From an archaeon (GTDB lineage: Archaea > Micrarchaeota > Micrarchaeia > Norongarragalinales > UBA97), in NCBI GenBank assembly GCA_020057405.1, contig JAGVFW010000005.1:1-29318 (forward strand): a DNA stretch of 29,318 nt, given 5' to 3'. The position numbers and the translations under genes are program-made. Positions within the stretch are counted from its first letter, which is position 1. Every line of letters starts with the position of its first letter. A model generated the notes under the pieces. It did not search any database. It saw nothing but the letters and a program-made list of their open reading frames with translations, and was not told where the DNA came from. Positions 9,067 through 18,522 of the stretch are shown one piece after another.

Positions 9067-10004
9067 TGGAAAAAGCGGTCAGGACGGGACGGGAAATGAC
9101 TCGAGGCCAAGCGGCGCTCTTTGACGGCATCATGTTTCTCTTGTTCGCCAGCTTTTCAGTCGCGATGATTTACGTTTTCGTCAACGACTACGGGAAAGCG
9201 CAGGACGAGGCCCTTCGAAGCGGCTACATCCTCGCCTACGTCCAGCAGGCGGGCAAAGTTATTTTCTTCACGCAGGTAAAGACGCTAAAGGACGTGGCAA
9301 ACCCTGTTGGCCTGCCTAACGCGGGGCTTGAAGGGTGCTGGAAGGACCCCGAGTTTCCCTACGCCGCAGCCAGTTGTATTCCCGGGACTGTCGCACGCGG
9401 ATATCCGTACAGTGACTTGGCCGACCCGCTCAAGGGCTGCGCTTCGCTATCAAAATTCGACTTATCGACAGTTTCCGACTTGCTCAAGAAGGACTTGGGC
9501 GACGGGACTGACGAGTCGTTCTCGTGCCTTGACGACCAGTTCGGCAATCCCTCCAGCCAGTCTCCCGGGACTACGCAATTCTGCACAGTGCACGACAATG
9601 CCGGCTGGCGTGACATCCCGCGCGTTCCGGGCAAGATGGCCCTTCGGTGTGTGATGAAGGAGCTCATGAAGCCACTGCAGACCGCCGGGTTCAAGTATTT
9701 CGCCGACTTCGAGCGCGAACAGTCTGCCGGCTCAAGCATTCCGCAAAAAATCTTCAACATCAACGACCCCGACAGCTTCCGCATCACCAACCACTGGGAG
9801 GCGGACGAGGGTAACTGGTATTCGTGCGACAACGTCACTTCAAAGACCCCGCCAAGCCTCGAATATCCTTTCGGTGGCGGTGGCATCGACAACGTGCTCT
9901 CGACGAGCCTGCCGTTTCGCGTGAACAAGGGCAACACTCTAGACGAGACGATGAACTTCGTGCTCCGCGTGTGCATCTGGTCAACTAAAGTCAGCAACAG
10001 GTAA
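9063..10004 (+). CDS. Cys-rich minor pilin-like protein (class III signal peptide)
   Basis: TRG|QAALFDGIMFLLFASFSVAMIYVFV. Start is ATG 9063 (ATGA overlap with upstream stop) or ATG 9096. Ends with beta-strand 'FVLRVCIWS'. Confidence 0.8.
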   Translation: MMEKAVRTGREMTRGQAALFDGIMFLLFASFSVAMIYVFVNDYGKAQDEALRSGYILAYVQQAGKVIFFTQVKTLKDVANPVGLPNAGLEGCWKDPEFPYAAASCIPGTVARGYPYSDLADPLKGCASLSKFDLSTVSDLLKKDLGDGTDESFSCLDDQFGNPSSQSPGTTQFCTVHDNAGWRDIPRVPGKMALRCVMKELMKPLQTAGFKYFADFEREQSAGSSIPQKIFNINDPDSFRITNHWEADEGNWYSCDNVTSKTPPSLEYPFGGGGIDNVLSTSLPFRVNKGNTLDETMNFVLRVCIWSTKVSNR

Positions 10005-10030
10005 GGCGGCGTTTTGCCTTTTTGAGGTGA

Positions 10031-11437
10031 CTAGCCCTGCTGGGCTTTCTTTGCCACGTTGACTTCTTCGCTGCACTTGGGGCAGGTGAAGATGAACAAG
10101 TCGCCTTCGGTGCGGATGTTGGGCGAGCAGTTGGCGCACATTCCGGTCCCGCAGTAGGGGCAGAAGACCACGCGCGTGTTTTGAGCTTTGCACGTGGGGC
10201 AGGAGAGCGGTTGTTCTTTCTTGACTTCGACGTTAACGACGCCTGGTTTTTTCACTGCCGTTCCGCCCGCGACTGACTCGAGTTCCCCAAAGAGCGAGCT
10301 TGAGCCGGCGGCGCTTTCTCCTGCGGCTGCTGTTGCGGCCTCGAGCCCGCCAAAGAGCGACGAGGGCTTTTCTTCAGTCCCTCCGGCCGGTCCGATGATG
10401 TCCTCCAGCGTGAGTTCGGGTTTTGGTTCGTTGGCTTTCGCCGCGCCCTCGGCAGTTGGCGCCTTCTTCTCATCTTCTTCGAGCCTGCGTTTTTCGCGCC
10501 TGCTTAATTGCTGCGATTGGTCCGAGAGCTGTGAGTGCGCAGCAGCGAGGGTTTCGGGCGTTTCATCGCGCTTTGCCGCGCTGGGGGGCGCGAATGCCGT
10601 GACTTTCTTCACTTGCGGCATCAGATCTTTCGCCATTTCCTCCTCTTCAGCCTTTTCAGGCGAGAGGGCCGCGGGCTCTGTTGTGTGCAAGTATTGCCTG
10701 TGAGCGTGGCCGCGGCTTTCCTCAAGTGTTTTCGCGCTTGCTTCTTCCTTGACTAAGTCTTGGGCGAACTGCTCTTCCTCTATTTTCTCTGACTCTGGCG
10801 AGAGGGTAACTGGCTCTTGCTGTTTTTCGGGTTGTGGCTCCTCTTTTTGGACAATCGGCGCGGGCTTTTCCGGCCCGGGTTCGTGTGCAAAAACTTCCGC
10901 TTCTTGTTTCTTTGCTTGGACCGGCGGCTTTTGTTCCTTGTCGAGCACTTCATCAAAGAAGCTCTTGCGTTCCCTCCCGTAAGGCGGCCGGGGGGGTCTT
11001 GGCAATGGCGCGAGCTTTTTCTTGTCGGGCTTTTGTTCGCCGACGATTCCGCGGGCGATGTTGACGCTGGCTTGCACTTCGGGTTTTGGCTCTTTTGGCG
11101 CCGGGGCGGGTTCGGCTTGCGGCTTGTTTGCGTCGGGTTTCGGCGCCGCAGGTTCCGCTCGGCCTTGTTCTTGCGGTGCCCTTGGTTCGATAGTTCTGGC
11201 TGCAAATGCCTTTGTCTTAAGGGAACGTTCTTCCATGATGGCCGCCACGTCGGGCTCCCCGCTTGCAGCGGGCTTTTCCTGCGCTTTTGTCGCGAGTTGC
11301 GTTCCCGGCTGTCCGGTTTTTGCAGCCGGTTCGATGATGCCGCGCGCTATGTTTGCGCGAACGGGCCGGTCGTCGGTTAGCACGATGCGGTTTTTGCGCA
11401 TTTCGTCGAGCTTGCGTTTTATTTCTTCTTCATCCAT
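10031..11437 (-). CDS. Hypothetical protein: long Pro/Glu/Lys/Ala-rich disordered region plus C-terminal four-CxxC zinc-binding domain
   Basis: CPTC, CPYC, CANC and CPKC in the last ~60 aa; low-complexity composition elsewhere. Confidence 0.8.
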   Translation of the reverse strand: MDEEEIKRKLDEMRKNRIVLTDDRPVRANIARGIIEPAAKTGQPGTQLATKAQEKPAASGEPDVAAIMEERSLKTKAFAARTIEPRAPQEQGRAEPAAPKPDANKPQAEPAPAPKEPKPEVQASVNIARGIVGEQKPDKKKLAPLPRPPRPPYGRERKSFFDEVLDKEQKPPVQAKKQEAEVFAHEPGPEKPAPIVQKEEPQPEKQQEPVTLSPESEKIEEEQFAQDLVKEEASAKTLEESRGHAHRQYLHTTEPAALSPEKAEEEEMAKDLMPQVKKVTAFAPPSAAKRDETPETLAAAHSQLSDQSQQLSRREKRRLEEDEKKAPTAEGAAKANEPKPELTLEDIIGPAGGTEEKPSSLFGGLEAATAAAGESAAGSSSLFGELESVAGGTAVKKPGVVNVEVKKEQPLSCPTCKAQNTRVVFCPYCGTGMCANCSPNIRTEGDLFIFTCPKCSEEVNVAKKAQQG

Positions 11438-11440
11438 TTT

Positions 11441-11989
11441 TCAGGCACCGGTTCCTAAAAGTTTCTCCATCGATTTCCGCCTTTTCTCGGCTTTCTCCGC
11501 TTCGCTTAAGCCGACGTAAAGGTCTTCAAACGAGACGTCCTTAACTGCCCTTCCTTTTTGCGGCAGCGTGACTTCCACTTCAACGCGCTCTAGGTTGAGT
11601 TCGAGCGCGTCGTCGAGGATGTTTTGCGAGGGTGTGCTTTGGAATTCGGGGTGCATCGGGAGGCTGACCATGGTGGTTTCAGACGGCGTTAGCGCAAACC
11701 AGATGCGCAGGCCGACGAATGATGCCGCTGAAGTAAGCACAAAAGCGAAGGGAAACGCGCCCCGCGCCAAAAGCACGCTCTCCCAGCTCGTGATTAGGGC
11801 ATCTAGGAGCACTGCGATGACGACGATTGCAAGGCCTGCGATAGCCCCGTAGCCCAGCTTGTGCTCCTCGTCTAGTAGCCTTGAATCGGGAGCAGCGAGG
11901 CGCAAAAGAAGGTACCCGACGCTTACTGACCCGACTGCGGTTATGGCGTAGTACGCTATGGCCGCGGCGGACGCGGCGAGTTCCGGCAT
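11441..11989 (-). CDS. Hypothetical membrane protein (about 3 TM) with charged C-terminal tail
   Basis: Three hydrophobic segments, then an acidic/basic tail. Ends 3 nt before the next ATG. Confidence 0.75.
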   Translation of the reverse strand: MPELAASAAAIAYYAITAVGSVSVGYLLLRLAAPDSRLLDEEHKLGYGAIAGLAIVVIAVLLDALITSWESVLLARGAFPFAFVLTSAASFVGLRIWFALTPSETTMVSLPMHPEFQSTPSQNILDDALELNLERVEVEVTLPQKGRAVKDVSFEDLYVGLSEAEKAEKRRKSMEKLLGTGA

Positions 11990-12049
11990 AAACGGGGTTA
12001 CGCAGGGCCGCCTAATAATATTATAAGCCGCGGCCGCCTACCCCATCAC

Positions 12050-12307
12050 ATGGTAGACTTGGCCGCCTTGGCAAGCGAAGCGTGGCTCGTGTTCCTGCTT
12101 TCCCTAGTCTTAAGCGCCCTCGCCCTTCCCTTTGTCTTCGTCTTTTCCTTCATCTACGAAATGCTTCAAAAGCGCTTTGCCCGCACGCCGGCAGTGGTGC
12201 TCATGGCGGTTACGACTTTCCTTGCAGTGCTCACTGCCGTCATCCTCCTTGAGCTTTACCTGGGCTACACGATAGGCCAGGTGGCGGGTGCGTTCTCGCC
12301 TTCTTAA
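12050..12307 (+). CDS. Small membrane protein (2 TM)
   Basis: 85 aa, two hydrophobic helices around a basic loop; AT-rich TATA-like element just upstream. Confidence 0.75.
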   Translation: MVDLAALASEAWLVFLLSLVLSALALPFVFVFSFIYEMLQKRFARTPAVVLMAVTTFLAVLTAVILLELYLGYTIGQVAGAFSPS

Positions 12308-12346
12308 GCAACTTCTTTTAAACCTCGTTTCCGCTATCTAGTTACC

Positions 12347-15300
12347 ATGCGCAAGGCCTTCCTTAGCTCCGACAAGCCGTTTGCAGCACTAGTATTCGCC
12401 GTCCTTGCCCTCCAGCTCTTCTCGCCATTCGCTTTCGCCCAGTCAACGCCGGGCCCCGAGCTTAACCCGACCGTCGGGCCGGAAGCGACGCCGACCCCGA
12501 ATCCCGCAACTGTTTCACCTTCAGCAACCCCGTCAGGGGCTGCCTCTTCGGCAACGCCTGTCCCCGAGCCCTCAAACATCGGCATCTGCACGATAAGCGA
12601 GTTTACGCTCGAAGAATGGAACAAGTTCAGGCAGGCGACGTTTAACTTCAACGGAAAGGAAGTCACCGACAAGAGCGACGCGAAGCTTCGCAGCCAGACG
12701 CCCGGCCAGAATGTCATCGTCAACAACTACAATTTCCCGGCCGAGGACAGCGTGGCTTACATACCTGTTGTCGATGTCGCAAAGTTCTTTCCGGGCCGCA
12801 GCGTCGAGGACGTCGCTGGTGACTTGGGCGTTGCGCCAAACGAGAGCGTGACTATTGCGCAGGTCGCATCAGTCACAGCATCCGACCCCAAGGGTGCTAA
12901 CATCATCGCGCAACTTCGCCAGGCCGTGAAGGGCAAGGGTTCGGCAAACCTCGCGCCGGGCTTTGAGTCGCTTAAGGTGACTCTGCCAAACGGCAGGACT
13001 GTTGCAATGTCGGAACTCTACAAGCTTCAGCAAATCCGCGCGGGCGAAGGGCAGCCCAACGCGTGCCTCATCGACAACGCCGCTTTCAGAGGCCGCCTTG
13101 AATACACTGCGCTTATGAAACAGGACTTGCTAATCGGCGCCGACAGCTCGGGCGCGACGCTTAATCATTCGGCTTGCGAGAGCCGCGAGTGCTCTCACAT
13201 TACCACCGACAGCGTGCGCGCGGCGGTCAACAACTTCGAGGGCAACTTCGTCATCCAGAGCTTCTACGAAAAGGCGATATCTGAAATCGGCGGTTGGTTC
13301 GCGTGGGACTTCCTTTCCTCGGGCGTCCTCGCAATCTATTCCGCAAGCGACCTGAACCTCGCGACGAAGAACATCAAGAGCACCGAAAAATACGTTGACG
13401 ACATCAACAAGATGGGCTTTGAGAAGACGATTTCGCAGGAACTCGTGAACAAGGGAGAGACGAGTGTCGAGGCAAGCGCACTCCGCCGCGAGTTTTCCTC
13501 AAAATTCGGTTCATCCATAGTAGGTAAGGAGCAAAACCTCGACATGCCGCAGGTTGTTGGCAACAAGCTCAAGAGCATTCTTGGAAAAGTGCCTGCCGGG
13601 ACTGGGGATGAGGCGAAACTTGCGATGGAGAAGGCACTAGCGCAATATGATTCGGAAATAGCCGCGCTAAACATCCCTGCACTAGAGTCTGCCTTGAAAG
13701 CAGCCGCAACCGATGGCGATTCCGAGACCAAGCTGAAAATCATTTCAAAGCAACTGGACTTGGCTAACGCGCAACGGGCCGAGATTTTGGGTGAAAAAAA
13801 CGGAATGGTATCGATGGACGCCGCCCTTGGAAAGTATTCCGACATTCTTGTTGCTGACGGCGCCGGCAAGCTCGACGTTGACGCGTCCTACGAGGGCCTT
13901 TTCCAGAAGTACAAGGCAATGGGAAAGCGCGAGGACCAGGTGAACTTTCTCGCTGAGCTTGGCGTCATCAGCGACGACCAGGCGCGCTTGGCAATCTATC
14001 GCGGCAAGCTCGACGGCATTGACCAGCGTTCGTCTTACTGGAATAGCGAGGCTGCGAAAGCCGAGCGGTTCGCCAACTTCGGCGCCCGCCGCGCTTGGCA
14101 GAACGTTCTCATCGGCCTGACTTGGCTCGGTCCCGGCAGGCTTGGCCTCGAACTAGCCGGCCAGATTGTGATGACTTCGGCGACAAAGCCGGACGCCACC
14201 CGCGGCGACTACTTACTCGTCTACATCAACAACGGCGATTTCCTAAACACCTTCCGCCACAGCACGGACTTTTTTGGAATGGGCCGCTTCCTTGAGACGC
14301 TAAGCGAAGTGACGCCGTTCACCGCTCCCTACAAAGCTTACGTCACGAGTCCCATGTACGCCTTCCAGACAATGGGCACCACGACGCAGGAAACAGGTTC
14401 CCTAACTTCGCTAACTCAGACCGACGGCGGCTGGCAGATGCTGACTCAATGGAAGGGCGATTCCGACCTCACACTAGTCGAGGACGTGCGCGACGGCAAG
14501 ACCTGGACGAGCACGGCGTTTAAGACAAACTACCTGCGCTTCAGCGCCGCACTGCAGAAAAAGCCCGCGCTTAGGCAATACCACAACATCCTCCTAAGCA
14601 TCGGTCCCATCCTCAGCTGGACTGTCCTTAAGGTAAGCAACATGCCCCAAGGAATTGTCACCCTCGTTCAACTGCAGCTTTTGGAGTTCTACATTGACAA
14701 CATCGTAGACCCCAACTCTTTTAGCCCCGACGAAGTCTGCTCGCAGGACAAGCTTGACGGCTACCTAAGGATGTACAAGTGGATGGTGGTGTTGAGCAAC
14801 GTCGAGCAGGTCGCGCTCTATTCCGACATCGGCACGTGGGCGGGCCGCGGGCTAACTGCAATGATAGCCGCGCGCGACTGGACTTCAATCTCGAAAGGAA
14901 GCAAATTTATTTCCAAGGGCCTAGGGATTTACCGCAAAGTCCAGGTTGCCGACCCGATAGAGTGGGCCAAGGCCTCCTACGGCCACTTGGCGCTTGAGTA
15001 TTCGCTTTCCTGCAAGGACCCGAGCTACAAAGTAGTTGCCTACCAGAAGATTCCCGAGGCGAGCCAGAAGGCAAGCGCCGTTACCGCAATCAAGAAGAAA
15101 GTTTCCGACCCGCTTGGGATTGACAAGATTACAAACGGCCTTAACGTCGGCGAGGCTTTCAAGGGCATCGGCCAGACTGCAACTCAAGCAGACTTGAAGG
15201 AGATTCTAAACCTCAAGTCGCTTGAGAAGAACCAGAATGGCTTGCTAAAGCCCGCTGACATCAACTACATCCACCTCTACCCCGAGGGTGCCGACATGCA

Positions 15301-17362
15301 GTGGTGGGGCGTTTTCGAGAACCAGTGCTTCAGAAACTGCATGCAGCAATCCGATGGCACTTTCGTGTGCGCTGACGGCAACGGCGTTTACCTAGAGCGC
15401 AATGGAACCCGCATTGACTTGGCCGACCGCGAGCGCGCACTCATGAGCGACTTTCTCCCGTCTCTTGGCTTAGTAGTGCCTAACAAGATTATCACCGCGC
15501 CGCTTGACTGCAGCCCCGACTCGGCGGTTCTCGAGGCGCGAAGCGACGCGACGCTTAACGTGATTGACGGCGGCTGCCCTGCAACCGACTGCGCAATGAA
15601 GTCGCTCGTGCGCGTGAGCGGCAAGAACGTGGGCAATGACTTGAGTGAAGTCATGGGGCCCGTCGAAGTCATCTACACGACCCAAGGCATTGCCTCCCGC
15701 TACAACAACGAGTACCGCTTCATGCGCACAAAGGGCGTAAGGACGCAGGAGTTAAGCACGATACTCAAAGTTCCCATTCCCTTCACCAACCGCACTGAAG
15801 TTGACTTGAACAAGAATGGCGCTACCGGCAGCAACCAAAAGAGCCTCGCCGGCACCGAAGAGCGCTACCGCACGGTGCAAATCATGGGCGACGGCCGCGT
15901 GCGTTCCGACAGCGAACTGGGCGAGCTTCTCACAATCCAGATGCAGAATGGCGTGATTCACTTTGACCGCGCGACGCGCAAGCTCTACGTGCTGATAAAA
16001 ATCCTTGCCATGGCCCCCGGCCGAGACATCACCGGCATCTCGGCCGCACCCGCCACAGTCGCCGGCCCCAAGGCCGACCTTGACAAATTAGCCCGCGACC
16101 TAGACTCGCTAAAGGCGGCCCTCGCCTCGGGCCAACAATTAAACGCCGCCCAACTTGAGCTGCTAAAGTCGATTCTTGAGAAGGGCGCGCCGACGGGCCA
16201 GCTTCTAAACAAGGAAGAGCGCGACAAGCTTGCCGCCATTCTAGACAAGCAGTCAAAGGGCATTTCCCTAAACCAAGCCGAATCGGACTTGCTTAAGAAG
16301 GCACAGTCGGAAGACAAGTTCCCCGGCGTAATCGTGCTTCCGCCCGAAAAGACGCAGACGATTGAAAAGACGCTCAAGGAGCAGGGTGTCGACCCGACTC
16401 TAGTAAAGCAAATCATCGACAAGCTCACCGCAGGCACTCCTCTCTCCGCTGCGGACAAGGCTGCCGCCCAGGACGCCCTAGACAAGTCAGCGGCCGCGGG
16501 CAAGCTCTCCGCCGACCAGGCTTCGACGCTAAAGGCCGACCTTGAGAAGACCATATCGGCTGCCAGCCGCGCTAACGAGATTGCCAACGCTGCCGCTCTC
16601 GACAAGCTTACTGCCGAACAGAAGGCGCTTGCGATAAAGGTTGCCCAAGACGAGGCTGACGCCGCGCGAGCCAGGGCAAAAACCGCTTCAGACAACCCGA
16701 CTCCGGCAATCAAGCTTGGTGGCGTCACCGCAAAAGTGGGCGCAGAGCAGTCCGCGCAAGACTTAAACCGCGCGCTTGAGAAGGTCGGTGGCTTTACGGA
16801 CCTCTCGACTGAGAAAACTGCGCTCCAGTTCGCCACCAACGCCAATGGCGAGTCTGTGCTGCGCACTGCAGACAAGGCAACTGGCGCAACCCAGGAGCTT
16901 AAAATCACTGGCGCGCCCACCCGGGATGGCAATGCCGTTGTCATCCCGACTGACAAGGGGCTGGTGAAGATTGACGTTAATGTGAACAAGGACAACGGCG
17001 CCCCCGTTGTCAACATCAATGGTGCGGGCTTGCGCGATTCCTCGGCACTCATTTTAGCCCAAGGCCCCGGCGGCATGCTGTTCTTTGACCCCAAGACGGG
17101 CACTTGGCAAGTGCGAAACGGCGCTGCAATCGGCGCCGACGGTGCGTTTGGCACCAATGGCATTAGTTACTATGGCAGTCCCGACGGCACGCGCGGCCTG
17201 CCCCAGCAAGGCGCTCTTGGCTATAACCAAATCCTTGGCTCCTCAAGCGGCAACAACCCGCTTTTGGCCCTCCCAAGCTGGCCGGAGCAACCGCCCTTGG
17301 CTGCCGCAATGCTTGCGCTAGTATTGCTTGGAGTGCTTGCGGTTCGATTCAGGCGCAATTAG
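12347..17362 (+). CDS. Very large secreted, C-terminally membrane-anchored protein of unknown function (1671 aa)
   Basis: Sec-type signal peptide ending AFA|Q, Pro/Thr linker, Cys pairs, helical repeats, C-terminal TM helix plus RFRRN. CTTTTAAA lies 24 nt upstream. Confidence 0.9.
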   Translation: MRKAFLSSDKPFAALVFAVLALQLFSPFAFAQSTPGPELNPTVGPEATPTPNPATVSPSATPSGAASSATPVPEPSNIGICTISEFTLEEWNKFRQATFNFNGKEVTDKSDAKLRSQTPGQNVIVNNYNFPAEDSVAYIPVVDVAKFFPGRSVEDVAGDLGVAPNESVTIAQVASVTASDPKGANIIAQLRQAVKGKGSANLAPGFESLKVTLPNGRTVAMSELYKLQQIRAGEGQPNACLIDNAAFRGRLEYTALMKQDLLIGADSSGATLNHSACESRECSHITTDSVRAAVNNFEGNFVIQSFYEKAISEIGGWFAWDFLSSGVLAIYSASDLNLATKNIKSTEKYVDDINKMGFEKTISQELVNKGETSVEASALRREFSSKFGSSIVGKEQNLDMPQVVGNKLKSILGKVPAGTGDEAKLAMEKALAQYDSEIAALNIPALESALKAAATDGDSETKLKIISKQLDLANAQRAEILGEKNGMVSMDAALGKYSDILVADGAGKLDVDASYEGLFQKYKAMGKREDQVNFLAELGVISDDQARLAIYRGKLDGIDQRSSYWNSEAAKAERFANFGARRAWQNVLIGLTWLGPGRLGLELAGQIVMTSATKPDATRGDYLLVYINNGDFLNTFRHSTDFFGMGRFLETLSEVTPFTAPYKAYVTSPMYAFQTMGTTTQETGSLTSLTQTDGGWQMLTQWKGDSDLTLVEDVRDGKTWTSTAFKTNYLRFSAALQKKPALRQYHNILLSIGPILSWTVLKVSNMPQGIVTLVQLQLLEFYIDNIVDPNSFSPDEVCSQDKLDGYLRMYKWMVVLSNVEQVALYSDIGTWAGRGLTAMIAARDWTSISKGSKFISKGLGIYRKVQVADPIEWAKASYGHLALEYSLSCKDPSYKVVAYQKIPEASQKASAVTAIKKKVSDPLGIDKITNGLNVGEAFKGIGQTATQADLKEILNLKSLEKNQNGLLKPADINYIHLYPEGADMQWWGVFENQCFRNCMQQSDGTFVCADGNGVYLERNGTRIDLADRERALMSDFLPSLGLVVPNKIITAPLDCSPDSAVLEARSDATLNVIDGGCPATDCAMKSLVRVSGKNVGNDLSEVMGPVEVIYTTQGIASRYNNEYRFMRTKGVRTQELSTILKVPIPFTNRTEVDLNKNGATGSNQKSLAGTEERYRTVQIMGDGRVRSDSELGELLTIQMQNGVIHFDRATRKLYVLIKILAMAPGRDITGISAAPATVAGPKADLDKLARDLDSLKAALASGQQLNAAQLELLKSILEKGAPTGQLLNKEERDKLAAILDKQSKGISLNQAESDLLKKAQSEDKFPGVIVLPPEKTQTIEKTLKEQGVDPTLVKQIIDKLTAGTPLSAADKAAAQDALDKSAAAGKLSADQASTLKADLEKTISAASRANEIANAAALDKLTAEQKALAIKVAQDEADAARARAKTASDNPTPAIKLGGVTAKVGAEQSAQDLNRALEKVGGFTDLSTEKTALQFATNANGESVLRTADKATGATQELKITGAPTRDGNAVVIPTDKGLVKIDVNVNKDNGAPVVNINGAGLRDSSALILAQGPGGMLFFDPKTGTWQVRNGAAIGADGAFGTNGISYYGSPDGTRGLPQQGALGYNQILGSSSGNNPLLALPSWPEQPPLAAAMLALVLLGVLAVRFRRN
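16121..16640 (+). repeat. About six degenerate helical peptide repeats in the giant protein
   Basis: GQQLNAAQLELLKSILEK / GQLLNKEERDKLAAILDK / GISLNQAESDLLKK / GTPLSAADKAAAQDALDK / GKLSADQASTLKADLEK / DKLTAEQKALAIK. Confidence 0.7.
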
Positions 17363-18426
17363 TAGGCGAACTCTAGTTTTCTGCCCGCTGGCATCTTGAG
17401 CTTGGCGTTAATCTGGTTCACTGCAGTCTGAAGTCGCGCTGCTGATTCAGTTGCCCTTTGCTTGTAGCGGCGTACCAGTGAATCTTGCGCGCGCGAGCGC
17501 TGGACTTTTCCGTGCGCTTTTGCGGCCTTGTCTAGTGCCGCTTGAAGCGCGCTTAGTTCCGTCGCGTTGATTGCGCGGCCCTGTCTAGAAAGCCCGGTTA
17601 CTAGTGTGCTCATCGCGGCGTGGGAAGTCGCTTCGATGTCGTTAGTGGCGGTGAAAAGCGGCAAGTAGCTGGTTGGCGCAGGTTCGTAAGAGCTTGAGGA
17701 CCGCGGCCGGTAAGTGAGCGTGCGTCCGCCCTTCTCTGGTTCGGTTTCCTCGGCTTTCTCTTTTTCAGCCTGTTTTTTTTGCTCTTCCATGAATGCCGTG
17801 TGCTTTTCTTCAGCGAGGAGCCTTGCGGCGTTGACGTCGCGAGCGCCCTTCTGGAGGTTCAGGTTGGTTTCCTCGTCGATTTCAAGCGGGGCGGCTGCCT
17901 TTTCCAGTAGAGCCTGGATTCGCTCGACGTGTTTTTGTGCTTGCGTAATCCTTTGGCTTGAGCCGGTGAGGGGAGCAGCGGCGCTTAAGGAGAACGTCAT
18001 TTCCTGCAGGGTCGGGAGCGCGTTTCCGAAGGCAGCCGCGCGGTTGCGTAGTTCAAGCATTTTTTGGTAGGCGGCTAGCCATTCCTGGTGCTTGTCGCTC
18101 AATTTTTCAGCAATAGTCTCGACTTCCTGCGTGCTTGCCCGCGGGTTAAACCTGATGCCTGAGAAAACCGAGCGTTCCCTGCCGAACTCGGACTCCAGTT
18201 CTGCCGCCCGCCTTGACGCTTCTAAGAGCTTGTCATGGATTTTGGTAGCTTCGTTTAGCTGCTTTTCGACTTGCGGGTGATTTTCCTTGAAGTATTCTTC
18301 CGCGTGCTTTTGCGCCCAGTTCTTAGGCGCGTCCCACTTGAAGAGCGAGCCTACGCGGTGGGCAAAGCGGACTGAAAACGGCAGGCCAACCTGCCTTTCG
18401 GCAGCCCCGCCCCGTGCTTCAACCAT
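17359..18426 (-). CDS. Hypothetical coiled-coil-rich protein starting MVEARGG (355 aa)
   Basis: Long ORF. Start reassigned from 18522 to ATG 18426, supported by ATTTAAG 24 nt upstream on the minus strand, and this removes the overlap with the divergent gene. Stop overlaps the stop of the giant gene. Confidence 0.75.
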   Translation of the reverse strand: MVEARGGAAERQVGLPFSVRFAHRVGSLFKWDAPKNWAQKHAEEYFKENHPQVEKQLNEATKIHDKLLEASRRAAELESEFGRERSVFSGIRFNPRASTQEVETIAEKLSDKHQEWLAAYQKMLELRNRAAAFGNALPTLQEMTFSLSAAAPLTGSSQRITQAQKHVERIQALLEKAAAPLEIDEETNLNLQKGARDVNAARLLAEEKHTAFMEEQKKQAEKEKAEETEPEKGGRTLTYRPRSSSSYEPAPTSYLPLFTATNDIEATSHAAMSTLVTGLSRQGRAINATELSALQAALDKAAKAHGKVQRSRAQDSLVRRYKQRATESAARLQTAVNQINAKLKMPAGRKLEFAY

Positions 18427-18522
18427 AATGGCATTCTTTTGCCGGGCCCGCTTAAATGGCTTTCCTCGCCGGTTGCCAGGGTAATTAATAAAAGGCGGCA
18501 GGGGAACAATTCTTCGAGTCAA
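18427..18522. promoter_or_regulatory. Divergent promoter region between the two MVEARGG genes
   Basis: Minus-strand GGAAAGCC-ATTTAAG (TATA-like at 18451-18457) and plus-strand TTAATAAAA (18485-18493). Confidence 0.6.

Noticed and set aside
1133-10004. Archaellum or conjugation operon
   Set aside because: No recognisable ArlH, archaellin, VirB4 or relaxase motifs; a pilus interpretation fits better.
15985-17163. 392-aa antisense ORF and other long shadow ORFs (e.g. 9359..9997, 2776..3336, 24252..24899)
   Set aside because: They lie opposite well-supported genes and are expected from GC-rich codon bias; no motifs.
18427-18522. Track starts at 18439 (+) and 18522 (-) giving overlapping head-to-head genes
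   Set aside because: Non-ATG starts running through the promoter region; downstream ATGs fit TATA spacing and remove the overlap.
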